DNA from: Eledone cirrhosa
Lineage: Eukaryota
Reading direction: 5' to 3'
Assembly (NCBI GenBank): GCA_964016885.1
Contig: OZ024743.1
Location: 36,332,001-36,396,000, forward strand
DNA length: 64,000 bases
Part shown: one piece after another, positions 53,201 through 64,000 of the stretch
Numbering within the stretch: the stretch's first letter is position 1
Layout of the letters: each line of letters starts with the position of its first letter
The notes under the pieces: model-generated
The model's database searches: none
What the model was told of the DNA's origin: nothing
What the model saw: the letters and a program-made list of their open reading frames with translations, nothing else
Made by a program: the position numbers and the translations under genes

Positions 53201-56200
53201 AATGTTCCTCTACAATCTTTGTTAATCTACCTCTACAGTCTTTGTTAATGTTCCCCTACAGTCTTTGTTAATGTTCCTCTACAGTCTTTGTTTATGTTCC
53301 TCTACAGTCTTTGTTAATGTTCCTCTACACTCTTTGTTAATGTTCCTCTACAGTCTTTGTTAATGTTCCTCTACAGTCGTTGTTGATGTTCCTCTACAGT
53401 CGTTGTTGATGTTCCTCTACAGTCTTTGTTAATGTTCCTCTACAGTCCTTGTTAATGTTCCTCTACAGTCTTTGTTAATGGTTCTCTACAGTCTTTGTTA
53501 ATGTTCCTCTATAGTCTTTGTTAATGTTCCTCTACAGTCCTTGTTAATGTTCCTCTACAGTCTTTGTTAATGGTCCTCTACAGTCTTTGTTAATGTTCCT
53601 CTACAATCTTTGTTAATGTTCCTTTACAGTCCTTGTTAATGTTCCTATACAGTCTTTGTTAATGTTCCTCTGCAGTCTTTGTTAATGTTCCTCTACAGTC
53701 TTTGTTAATGTTCCTCTACAGTCTTTGTTAATGTTCCTCTACAGTCTTTGTTAATGTTCCTCTACGGTGTTTGTTAATGTTCCTCTGCAGTCTTTGTTAA
53801 TGTTCCTCTACAATCCTTGTTAATGTTCCTCTACAGTCTTTGTTAATGTTCCTCTACATTCATTGTTAATGTTCCTCTGCAGTCTTTGTTAATGTTCCTC
53901 TGCAGTCTTTGTTAATGTTCCTCTACAGTCTTTGTTAATGTTCCTCTACAGTCTTTGTTAATGTTCCACTACGGTCTTTGTTATTGTTCCTCTCCGGTCT
54001 TTGTTAATGTTCCTCTACAGTCTTTGTTAATGTTCCTCTCCAGTCTTTGTTAATCTTCCTCTACAGTCTTTGTTAATGTTCCTCTACAGTCCTTGTTAAT
54101 GTTCCTCTACAGTCTTTGTTAATGTTCCTCTACGGTCTTTGTTAATGTTCCGCTACAGTCCTTGTTAATGTTCCTCTCCAGTCTTTGTTAATGTTCCTCT
54201 ACAGTCTTTGTTAATGTTCCTCTACAATATTACTTAATGTTCCTCTACAGTCTTTGTTAATGTTCCTCTACAGTCTTTGTTAATGTTCCTCTACAGTCCT
54301 TGTTAATGTTCCTCAACCGTCTTTGTTAATGTTCCTCTACAGTCCTTGTTAATGTTCCTCAACAGTCTTTGTTAATGTTCCACTACAGTCCTTGTTAATT
54401 TCCTCTACAGTCTTTGTTAATGTTCCTCTACAGTCTTTGTTAATGTTCCTCTACAGTCTTTGTTAATGTTCCGCTACAGTCCTTGTTAATGTTCCTCTAC
54501 AGTCTTTGATAATGGTCCTCTACAGTCTGTGTTAATGTTCCTCTACAGTCTTTGTTAATGTTCCTCTGCAGTCTTTGTTAATGTTCCTCTACAGTCCTTG
54601 TTAATGTTCCTCTACAGTCCTTGTTAATGTTCCTCTACAGTCTTTGTTATTGTTCCTCTACAGTCTTTGTTAATGTTCTTCTACAGTCTTTGTAAATGTT
54701 CCTCTACAGTTTTTTAATGTTCCTCTACAGTCTTTGTTAATGTTCCTCTACAGTCTTTGTTAATGTTCCTCTACAGTCTTTGTTAATGTTCCTCTACAGT
54801 CTTTGTTAATGTTCCTCTACAGTCCTTGTTAATGTTCCTCAACAGTCTTTGTTAATGTTCCTCTACAGTCCTTGTTAATGTTCCTCAAGAGTCTTTGTTA
54901 ATGTTCCTCTACAGTCCTTGTTAATGTTCCTCAACAGTCTTTGTTAATATTCCTCTACAGTCCTTGTTAATGTTCCTCTACAGTCTTTGTTAATGTTCCT
55001 CTGCAGTCTTTGTTAATGTTCCTCTACAGTCCTTGTTAATGTTCCTCAACAGTCTTTGTTAATGTTCCTCTACAGTCCTTGTTAATGTTCCTCAAGAGTC
55101 TTTGTTAATGTTCCTCTACAGTCCTTGTTAATGTTCCTCAACAGTCTTTGTTAATATTCCTCTACAGTCCTTGTTAATGTTCCTCTACAGTCTTTGTTAA
55201 TGTTCCTCTGCAGTCTTTGTTAATGTTCCTCTACAGTCCTTGTTAATGTTCCTCTACAGTCTTTGTTAATGTTCCTCTACAGTCCTTGTTAATGTTCCTC
55301 TACAGTCCTTGTTAATTTCCTCTACAGTCTTTGTTAATGTTCCTCTACAGTCTTTGTTAATGTTCCTCTACAGTCTTTGTTAATGTTCCGCTACAGTCCT
55401 TGTTAATGTTCCTCTACAGTCTTTGTTAATGGTCCTCTACAGTCTTTGTTAATGTTCCTCTACAGTCTTTGTTAATGTTCCTCTACAGTCTTTGTTAATG
55501 TTCCTCTACAGTCTTTGTTAATGTTCCTCAACAGTCTTTGTTAATGTTCCTCTACAGTCCTTGTTAATGTTCCTCTACAGTCCTTGTTAATTTCCTCTAC
55601 AGTCTTTGTTAATGTTCCTCTACAGTCTTTGTTAATGTTCCTCTACGGTCTTTGTTATTGTTCCTCTACAGTCTTTGTTAATGTTCCTCTACAGTCCTTG
55701 TTAATGTTCCTCTACAGTCTTTGTTAATGTTCCTCTACAGTCTTTGTTAATGTTCCTCTACAGTCTTTGTTAATGTTCCTCTACAGTCTTTGTTAATGTT
55801 CCGCTACTGTCTTTGTTAATGTTCCCCTACTGTCTTTGTTAATGTTCCCCTACAACCCTTGTTAATGTTCCCTACAGTCTTTGTTAATGTTCCTCTACAG
55901 TCCTTGTTAATGTTCCTCTATAGTCCTTGTTATTGTTCCTCTACAGTCCTCTCTACAGTCTTTGTTAATGTTCCCCTACTGTCTTTGTTAATGTTCCCCT
56001 ACAGCCCTTGTTAATGTTCCCTACAGTCTTTGTTAATGTTCCTCTACAGTCCTTGTTAATGTTCCTCTATAGTCCTTGTTATTGTTCCTCTACAGTCCTT
56101 GTTAATGTTCCTCTACAATCCATGTTAATGTTCCTCTACAGTCCTTGTTAATGTTCCTCTACAGTCCTTGTTAATGTTCCTCTACAGTCTTTGTTAATGT

Positions 56201-58560
56201 GCCTGTACAGTCTTTGTTAATGTTCCTCTACAGTCTTTGTTAATGTTCCCCTACTGTCTTTGTTAATGTTCCCCTACAACCCTTGTTAATGTTCCCTACA
56301 GTCTTTGTTAATGTTCCTCTACAGTCTTTGTTAATGTTCCTCTATAGTCCTTGTTAATGTTCCCTTACAAGCCTTGTTAATGTTCCTCTACAGTCCTTGT
56401 TAATGTTCCTCTACAGTCTTTGTTATTGTTCCTCTACAGTCTTTGTTAATGTTCTTCTACAGTCTTTGTAAATGTTCCTCTACAGTTTTTTAATGTTCCT
56501 CTACAGTCTTTGTTAATGTTCCTCTACAGTCTTTGTAAATGTTCCTCTACAGTCTTTGTTAATGTTCCTCTACAGTCTTTGTTAATGTTCCTCTACAGTC
56601 TTTGTTAATGTTCCTCTACAGTCTTTGTTAATCTTCCTCTACAGTCTTTGTTAATGTTCCTCTACAGTCTTTGTTAATCTTCCTCTACAGTCTTTGTTAA
56701 TGTTCCTCTACAGTCTTTGTTAATTTTCCTCTACAATCTTTGTTATGTTCCTCTACAGTCTTTGTTAATGTTCCTCTACAGTCTTTGTTAATGTTCCTCT
56801 ACAATCTTTGTTAATGTTCCTCTACAGTCTTTGTTTATGTTTCTCTACAGTCTTTGTTAATGGACCTCTACAGTCTTTGTTAATGTTCCTCTACAATCTT
56901 TGTTAATGTTCCTCTACACTCTTTGTTAATGTTCCTCTACAATCTTTGTTAATCTTCCTCTACAGTCTTTGTTAATGTTCCCCTACAGTCTTTGTTAATG
57001 TTCCTCTACAGTCTTTGTTTATGTTCCTCTACAGTCTTTGTTAATGTTCCTCTACACTCTTTGTTAATGTTCCTCTACAGTCTTTGTTAATGTTCCTCTA
57101 CAGTCGTTGTTGATGTTCCTCTACAGTCGTTGTTGATGTTCCTCTACAGTCTTTGTTAATGTTCCTCTACAGTCCTTGTTAATGTTCCTCTACAGTCTTT
57201 GTTAATGGTTCTCTACAGTCTTTGTTAATGTTCCTCTATAGTCTTTGTTAATGTTCCTCTACAGTCCTTGTTAATGTTCCTCTACAGTCTTTGTTAATGG
57301 TCCTCTACAGTCTTTGTTAATGTTCCTCTACAATCTTTGTTAATGTTCCTTTACAGTCCTTGTTAATGTTCCTATACAGTCTTTGTTAATGTTCCTCTGC
57401 AGTCTTTGTTAATGTTCCTCTACAGTCTTTGTTAATGTTCCTCTACAGTCTTTGTTAATGTTCCTCTACAGTCTTTGTTAATGTTCCTCTACGGTGTTTG
57501 TTAATGTTCCTCTGCAGTCTTTGTTAATGTTCCTCTACAATCCTTGTTAATGTTCCTCTACAGTCTTTGTTAATGTTCCTCTACATTCATTGTTAATGTT
57601 CCTCTGCAGTCTTTGTTAATGTTCCTCTGCAGTCTTTGTTAATGTTCCTCTACAGTCTTTGTTAATGTTCCTCTACAGTCTTTGTTAATGTTCCACTACG
57701 GTCTTTGTTATTGTTCCTCTCCGGTCTTTGTTAATGTTCCTCTACAGTCTTTGTTAATGTTCCTCTCCAGTCTTTGTTAATCTTCCTCTACAGTCTTTGT
57801 TAATGTTCCTCTACAGTCCTTGTTAATGTTCCTCTACAGTCTTTGTTAATGTTCCTCTACGGTCTTTGTTAATGTTCCGCTACAGTCCTTGTTAATGTTC
57901 CTCTCCAGTCTTTGTTAATGTTCCTCTACAGTCTTTGTTAATGTTCCTCTACAATATTTGTTAATGTTCCTCTACAGTCTTTGTTAATGTTCCTCTACAG
58001 TCTTTGTTAATGTTCCTCTACAGTCCTTGTTAATGTTCCTCAACCGTCTTTGTTAATGTTCCTCTACAGTCCTTGTTAATGTTCCTCAACAGTCTTTGTT
58101 AATGTTCCACTACAGTCCTTGTTAATTTCCTCTACAGTCTTTGTTAATGTTCCTCTACAGTCTTTGTTAATGTTCCTCTACAGTCTTTGTTAATGTTCCG
58201 CTACAGTCCTTGTTAATGTTCCTCTACAGTCTTTGATAATGGTCCTCTACAGTCTGTGTTAATGTTCCTCTACAGTCTTTGTTAATGTTCCTCTGCAGTC
58301 TTTGTTAATGTTCCTCTACAGTCCTTGTTAATGTTCCTCTACAGTCCTTGTTAATGTTCCTCTACAGTCTTTGTTATTGTTCCTCTACAGTCTTTGTTAA
58401 TGTTCTTCTACAGTCTTTGTAAATGTTCCTCTACAGTTTTTTAATGTTCCTCTACAGTCTTTGTTAATGTTCCTCTACAGTCTTTGTTAATGTTCCTCTA
58501 CAGTCTTTGTTAATGTTCCTCTACAGTCTTTGTTAATGTTCCTCTACAGTCTTTGTTAAT
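51290..58560 (+). repeat. Near-identical duplication with 3727-bp offset: ~51290-54820 and ~55020-58550
   Basis: CCTCAAGAG 51369/55096, ATGGACCT 53136/56863 and GTTGTTGATG 53385/57112 are all +3727. Confidence 0.92.
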
Positions 58561-59110
58561 GTTCCTCTACAGTCTTTGTTAATGTTCCTCTACAGTCCTT
58601 GTTAATGTTCCTCAACCGTCTTTGTTAATGTTCCTCTACAGTCCTTGTTAATGTTCCTCAACAGTCTTTGTTAATGTTCCACTACAGTCCTTGTTAATTT
58701 CCTCTACAGTCTTTGTTAATGTTCCTCTACAGTCTTTGTTAATGTTCCTCTACAGTCTTTGTTAATGTTCCGCTACAGTCCTTGTTAATGTTCCTCTACA
58801 GTCTTTGATAATGGTCCTCTACAGTCTGTGTTAATGTTCCTCTACAGTCTTTGTTAATGTTCCTCTGCAGTCTTTGTTAATGTTCCTCTACAGTCCTTGT
58901 TAATGTTCCTCTACAGTCCTTGTTAATGTTCCTCTACAGTCTTTGTTATTGTTCCTCTACAGTCTTTGTTAATGTTCTTCTACTGTCTTTGTAAATGTTC
59001 CTCTACAGTTTTTTAATGTTCCTCTACAGTCTTTGTTAATGTTCCTCTACAGTCTTTGTTAATGTTCCTCTACAGTCTTTGTTAATGTTCCTCTACAGTC
59101 TTTGTTAATG
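57960..59110 (+). repeat. Tandem duplication of a 572-bp unit (25 monomers minus 3 bp)
   Basis: CAACCGTC occurs at 58041 and 58613, each followed by CCACTAC, AATTTCC, CCGCTAC, GATAATGGTCC and TCTGTG in the same order. Confidence 0.88.
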
Positions 59111-59169
59111 TTCCTCTACAATCTTTGTTAATGTTCCTCTACAGTCCTTGTTAATCCTCCTCTACAGTC

Positions 59170-62100
59170 TTTGTTAATGTTCCTCTACAGTCTTTGTAAA
59201 TGTTCCTCTACAGTTTTTTAATGTTCCTCTACAGTCTTTGTTAATGTTCCTCTACAGTCTTTGTTAATGTTCCTCTACAGTCTTTGTTAATGTTCCTCTA
59301 CAGTCTTTGTTAATGTTCCTCTACAATCTTTGTTAATGTTCCTCTACAGTCTTTGTTAATCCTCCTCTACAGTCTTTGTTAAGGTTCCTCTACAGTCTTT
59401 GTAAATGTTCCTCTATAGTATTTTAATGTTCCTCTACAGTCTTTGTTAATGTTCCTCTACAGTCTTTGTAAATGTTCCTCTACAGTTTTTTAATGTTCCT
59501 CTACAGTCTTTGTTAATGTTCCTCTACAGTCTTTGTTAATGTTCCGCTACAGTCTTTGTTAATGTTCCTCTACAGTCTTTGTTAATGTTCCTCTACAGTC
59601 TTTGTTAATGTTCCTCTACAGTCTTTGTTAATGTTCCTCTACAATCTTTGTTACGTTCCTCTACAGTCTTTGTTAATGTTCCTCTACAGTCTTTGTTAAT
59701 GTTCCTCTACAATCTTTGTTAATGTTCCTCTACAGTCTTTGTTTATGTTTCTCTACAGTCTTTGTTAATGGTCCTCTACAGTCTTTGTTAATGTTCCTCT
59801 ACAATCTTTGTTAATGTTCCTCTACACTCTTTGTTAATGTTCCTCTACAATCTTTGTTAATCTTCCTCTACAGTCTTTGTTAATGTTCCCCTACAGTCTT
59901 TGTTAATGTTCCTCTACAGTCTTTGTTAATGTTCCTCTACAGTCTTTGTTAATGTTCCTCTACACTCTTTGTTAATGTTCCTCTACAGTCGTTGTTAATG
60001 TTCCTCTACAGTCTTTGTTAATGTTCCTCTACAGTCCTTGTTAATGTTCCTCTACAGTCTTTGTTAATGGTCCTCTACAGTCTTTGTTAATGTTCCTCTA
60101 CATTCCTTGTTAATGTTTCTCTGCAGTCTTTGTTAATGTTCCTCTGCAGTCTTTGTTAATGTTCCTCTACAGTCTTTGTTAATGTTCCTCTACAGTCTTT
60201 GTTAATGTTCCACTATGGTCTTTGTTATTGTTCCTCTCCAGTCTTTGTTAATGTTCCTCAACAGTCTTTGTTAATGTTCCTCTCCAGTCTTTGTTAATGT
60301 TCCTCTACAGTCTTTGTTAATGTTCCGCTAAAGTCCTTGTTAATGTTCCTCTACAGTCTTTGTTAATGTTCCTCTACAGTCTTTGTTAATGTTCCTCTAC
60401 AGTCTTTGTTAATGTTCCTCTACAGTCTTTGTTAATGTTCCTCTACAGTCTTTGTTAATGTTCCTCTACAGTCCTTGTTAATGTTCCTCAACAGTCTTTG
60501 TTAATGTTCCTCTACAGTCCTTGTTAATGTTCCTCAACAGTCTTTGTTAATGTTCCTCTACAGTCCTTGTTAATGTTCCTCAACAGTCTTTGTTAATGTT
60601 CCTCTACAGTCCTTGTTAATGTTCCTCTACAGTTTTTTAATGTTCCTCTACAGTCTTTGTTAATGTTCCTCTACAGTCTTTGTTAATTTTCCTCTACAGT
60701 CTTTGTTAATGTTCCTCTACAGTCTTTGTTAATGTTCCTCTACAGTCTTTGTTAATGTTCCTCTACAGTCTTTGTTAATCTTCCTCTACAGTCTTTGTTA
60801 ATCTCCCTCTACAGTCTTTGTTAATGTTCCTCTACAGTCTTTGTTAATGTTCCTCTACAGTCTTTGTTAATGTTCCTCTACAGTCTTTGTTAATGTTCCT
60901 CTACAATCTTTGTTATGTTCCTCTACAGTCTTTGTTAATGTTCCTCTACAATCTTTGTTAATGTTCCTCTACAGTCTTTGTTTATGTTTCTCTACAGTCT
61001 TTGTTAATGGTCCTCTACAGTCTTTGTTAATGTTCCTCTACAATCTTTGTTAATGTTCCTCTACACTCTTTGTTAATGTTCCTCTACAATCTTTGTTAAT
61101 CTCCCTCTACAGTCTTTGTTAATGTTCCTCTACAGTCTTTGTTAATGTTCCTCTACAGTCTTTGTTAATGTTCCCCTACAGTCTTTGTTATTGTTCCTCT
61201 ACAGTCTTTGTTAATGTTCTTCTACAGTCTTTGTTAATGTTCCTCTACACTCTTTGTTAATGTTCCTCTACAGTCGTTGTTAATGTTCCTCTACAGTCTT
61301 TGTTAATGTTCCTCTACAGTCCTTGTTAATGTTCCTCTACAGTCTTTGTTAATGGTCCTCTACAGTCTTTGTTAATGTTCCTCTATAGTCTTTGTTAATG
61401 TTCCTCTACAGTCCTTGTTAATGTTCCTCTACAGTCTTTGTTAATGGTCCTCTACAGTCTTTGTTAATGTTCCTCTACAATCTTTGTTAATGTTCCTCTA
61501 CAGTCCTTGTTAATGTTCCTCTACAGTCTTTGTTAACGTTCCTCTGCAGTCTTTGTTAATGTTCCTCTACAGTCTTTGTTAATGTTCCTCTACAGTCTTT
61601 GTTAATGTTCCTCTACAGTCTTTGTTAATGTTCCTCTACGGTCATTGTTAATGTTCCTCTGCAGTCTTTGTTAATGTTCCTCTACAGTCCTTGTTAATGT
61701 TCCTCTACAGTCTTTGTTAATGTTCCTCTACATTCCTTGTTAATGTTCCTCTGCAGTCTTTGTTAATGTTCCTCTGCAGTCTTTGTTAATGTTCCTCTAC
61801 AGTCTTTGTTAATGTTCCTCTACAGTCTTTGTTAATGTTCCACTTCGGTCTTTGTTATTGTTCCTCTCCAGTCTTTGTTAATGTTCCTCAACAGTCTTTG
61901 TTAATGTTCCTCTCCAGTCTTTGTTAATGTTCCTCTACAGTCTTTGTTAATGTTCCGCTACAGTCCTTGTTAATGTTCCTCTACAGTCTTTGTTAATGTT
62001 CCTCTACAGTCTTTGTTAATGTTCCTCTACAGTCTTTGTTAATGTTCCTCTACAGTCTTTGTTAATGTTCCTCTACAGTCTTTGTTAATGTTCCTCTACA

Positions 62101-64000
62101 GTCCTTGTTAATGTTCCTCAACAGTCTTTGTTAATGTTCCTCTACAGTCCTTGTTAATGTTCCTCAACAGTCTTTGTTAATGTTCCTCTACAGTCCTTGT
62201 TAATGTTCCTCAACAGTCTTTGTTAATGTTCCTCTACAGTCCTTGTTAATGTTCCTCTACAGTCTTTGTTAATGTTCCTCTGCAGTCTTTGTTAATGTTC
62301 CTCTACAGTCCTTGTTAATGTTCCTCTATAGTCTTTGTTAATGTTCCTCTACAGTCCCTGTTAATGTTCCTCTACAGTCCTTGTTAATTTCCTCTACAGT
62401 CTTTGTTAATGTTCCTCTACAGTCTTTGTAAATGTTCCTCTACAGTTTTTTAATGTTCCTCTACAGTCTTTGTTAATGTTCCTCTACAGTCTTTGTTAAT
62501 GTTCCTCTACAGTCTTTGTTAATGTTCCTCTACAGTCTTTGTTAATGTTCCTCTACAATCTTTGTTAATGTTCCTCTACAGTCTTTGTTAATCCTCCTCT
62601 ACAGTCTTTGTTAAGGTTCCTCTACAGTCTTTGTAAATGTTCCTCTATAGTTTTTTAATGTTCCTCTACAGTCTTTGTTAATGTTCCTCTACAGTCTTTG
62701 TAAATGTTCCTCTACAGTTTTTTAATGTTCCTCTACAGTCTTTGTTAATGTTCCTCTACAGTCTTTGTTAATGTTCCGCTACAGTCTTTGTTAATGTTCC
62801 TCTACAGTCTTTGTTAATGTTCCTCTACAGTCTTTGTTAATGTTCCTCTACAGTCTTTGTTAATGTTCCTCTACAATCTTTGTTACGTTCCTCTACAGTC
62901 TTTGTTAATGTTCCTCTACAGTCTTTGTTAATGTTCCTCTACAATCTTTGTTAATGTTCCTCTACAGTCTTTGTTTATGTTTCTCTACAGTCTTTGTTAA
63001 TGGTCCTCTACAGTCTTTGTTAATGTTCCTCTACAATCTTTGTTAATGTTCCTCTACACTCTTTGTTAATGTTCCTCTACAATCTTTGTTAATCTTCCTC
63101 TACAGTCTTTGTTAATGTTCCCCTACAGTCTTTGTTAATGTTCCTCTACAGTCTTTGTTAATGTTCCTCTACAGTCTTTGTTAATGTTCCTCTACACTCT
63201 TTGTTAATGTTCCTCTACAGTCGTTGTTAATGTTCCTCTACAGTCTTTGTTAATGTTCCTCTACAGTCCTTGTTAATGTTCCTCTACAGTCTTTGTTAAT
63301 GGTCCTCTACAGTCTTTGTTAATGTTCCTCTACATTCCTTGTTAATGTTTCTCTGCAGTCTTTGTTAATGTTCCTCTGCAGTCTTTGTTAATGTTCCTCT
63401 ACAGTCTTTGTTAATGTTCCTCTACAGTCTTTGTTAATGTTCCACTATGGTCTTTGTTATTGTTCCTCTCCAGTCTTTGTTAATGTTCCTCAACAGTCTT
63501 TGTTAATGTTCCTCTCCAGTCTTTGTTAATGTTCCTCTACAGTCTTTGTTAATGTTCCGCTAAAGTCCTTGTTAATGTTCCTCTACAGTCTTTGTTAATG
63601 TTCCTCTACAGTCTTTGTTAATGTTCCTCTACAGTCTTTGTTAATGTTCCTCTACAGTCTTTGTTAATGTTCCTCTACAGTCTTTGTTAATGTTCCTCTA
63701 CAGTCTTTGTTAATGTTCCTCTACAGTCCTTGTTAATGTTCCTCAACAGTCTTTGTTAATGTTCCTCTACAGTCCTTGTTAATGTTCCTCAACAGTCTTT
63801 GTTAATGTTCCTCTACAGTCCTTGTTAATGTTCCTCAACAGTCTTTGTTAATGTTCCTCTACAGTCCTTGTTAATGTTCCTCTACAGTTTTTTAATGTTC
63901 CTCTACAGTCTTTGTTAATGTTCCTCTACAGTCTTTGTTAATTTTCCTCTACAGTCTTTGTTAATGTTCCTCTACAGTCTTTGTTAATGTTCCTCTACAG
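59170..64000 (+). repeat. Near-identical duplication with 3232-bp offset (~59170-60768 copied at ~62400-64000, cut by the window end)
   Basis: AAGGTTCC 59381/62613, TTACGTTCC 59651/62883 and CCGCTAAAG 60327/63559 are all +3232. Confidence 0.9.

Larger units (their letters stand above)
1..64000 (+). repeat. 23-bp tandem satellite/minisatellite array, consensus GTTAATGTTCCTCTACAGTCTTT, ~2,780 copies, single orientation, running off both window ends
   Basis: The monomer is readable in every line, with perfect runs at e.g. 1680-1800 and 26570-26710. The commonest variant is TCTTT>TCCTT. No non-repeat sequence was seen. Confidence 0.99.

Noticed and set aside
1-64000. CRISPR array
   Set aside because: The 23-bp units are directly adjacent with no unique spacers, and no leader or cas genes are present.
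1-64000. Telomerase-made long telomeric repeat (some budding yeasts have 23-25-bp units)
   Set aside because: There is no G-rich telomere-like core. The array is far longer than yeast telomeres, and variants are inherited in multi-kb blocks, indicating recombination or replication copying rather than templated addition.
1-64000. Repeat-protein gene on either strand
   Set aside because: 23 is not a multiple of 3. The + strand has TAA and the - strand has TAG and TAA in each monomer, closing all six frames regularly.
1-64000. Variants as a combinatorial code or diversity-generating cassette system
   Set aside because: The variant order is explained by point mutation plus in-register duplication. 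No recombinase, reverse transcriptase or expression locus is visible in the window.
1-64000. Nucleosome-length phasing (8-9 monomers = 184-207 bp)
   Set aside because: Only one clear 9-monomer duplication was seen, and other unit sizes are scattered, so no preferred period is supported by eye.
1-64000. Synthetic or pure sequencing-artefact concatemer
   Set aside because: Substitutions recur in ordered, hierarchically shared blocks with graded divergence, which random read error would not produce. Individual near-identical duplications could still be assembly errors.

Overview
The whole 64 kb window is one uninterrupted, head-to-tail tandem array of a 23-bp monomer, consensus GTTAATGTTCCTCTACAGTCTTT (minus strand AAAGACTGTAGAGGAACATTAAC), about 2,780 copies (64000/23). 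I saw no inversion, unique spacer, transposon insertion, RNA gene or credible CDS. The consensus is 35% GC, has no CpG and is strongly strand-asymmetric (16/23 pyrimidine and 11/23 T on +). It is best read as a eukaryote-type satellite/minisatellite; I cannot identify the organism or family. The information lies in the monomer variants, which act as barcodes for a nested duplication history: 3-, 5/6-, 9- and 12-monomer local repeats, and larger segmental duplications with offsets of 572, 1148, 1264, ~2.1-2.6 kb, 3232, 3727, ~4.1-4.2 kb, 6027 and 6966 bp. At least one duplication junction carries a templated patch, and the variant repertoire changes in zones along the array. I found no protein-coding system. 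Offsets were counted by eye from diagnostic variants, and block boundaries are approximate (one or two monomers).
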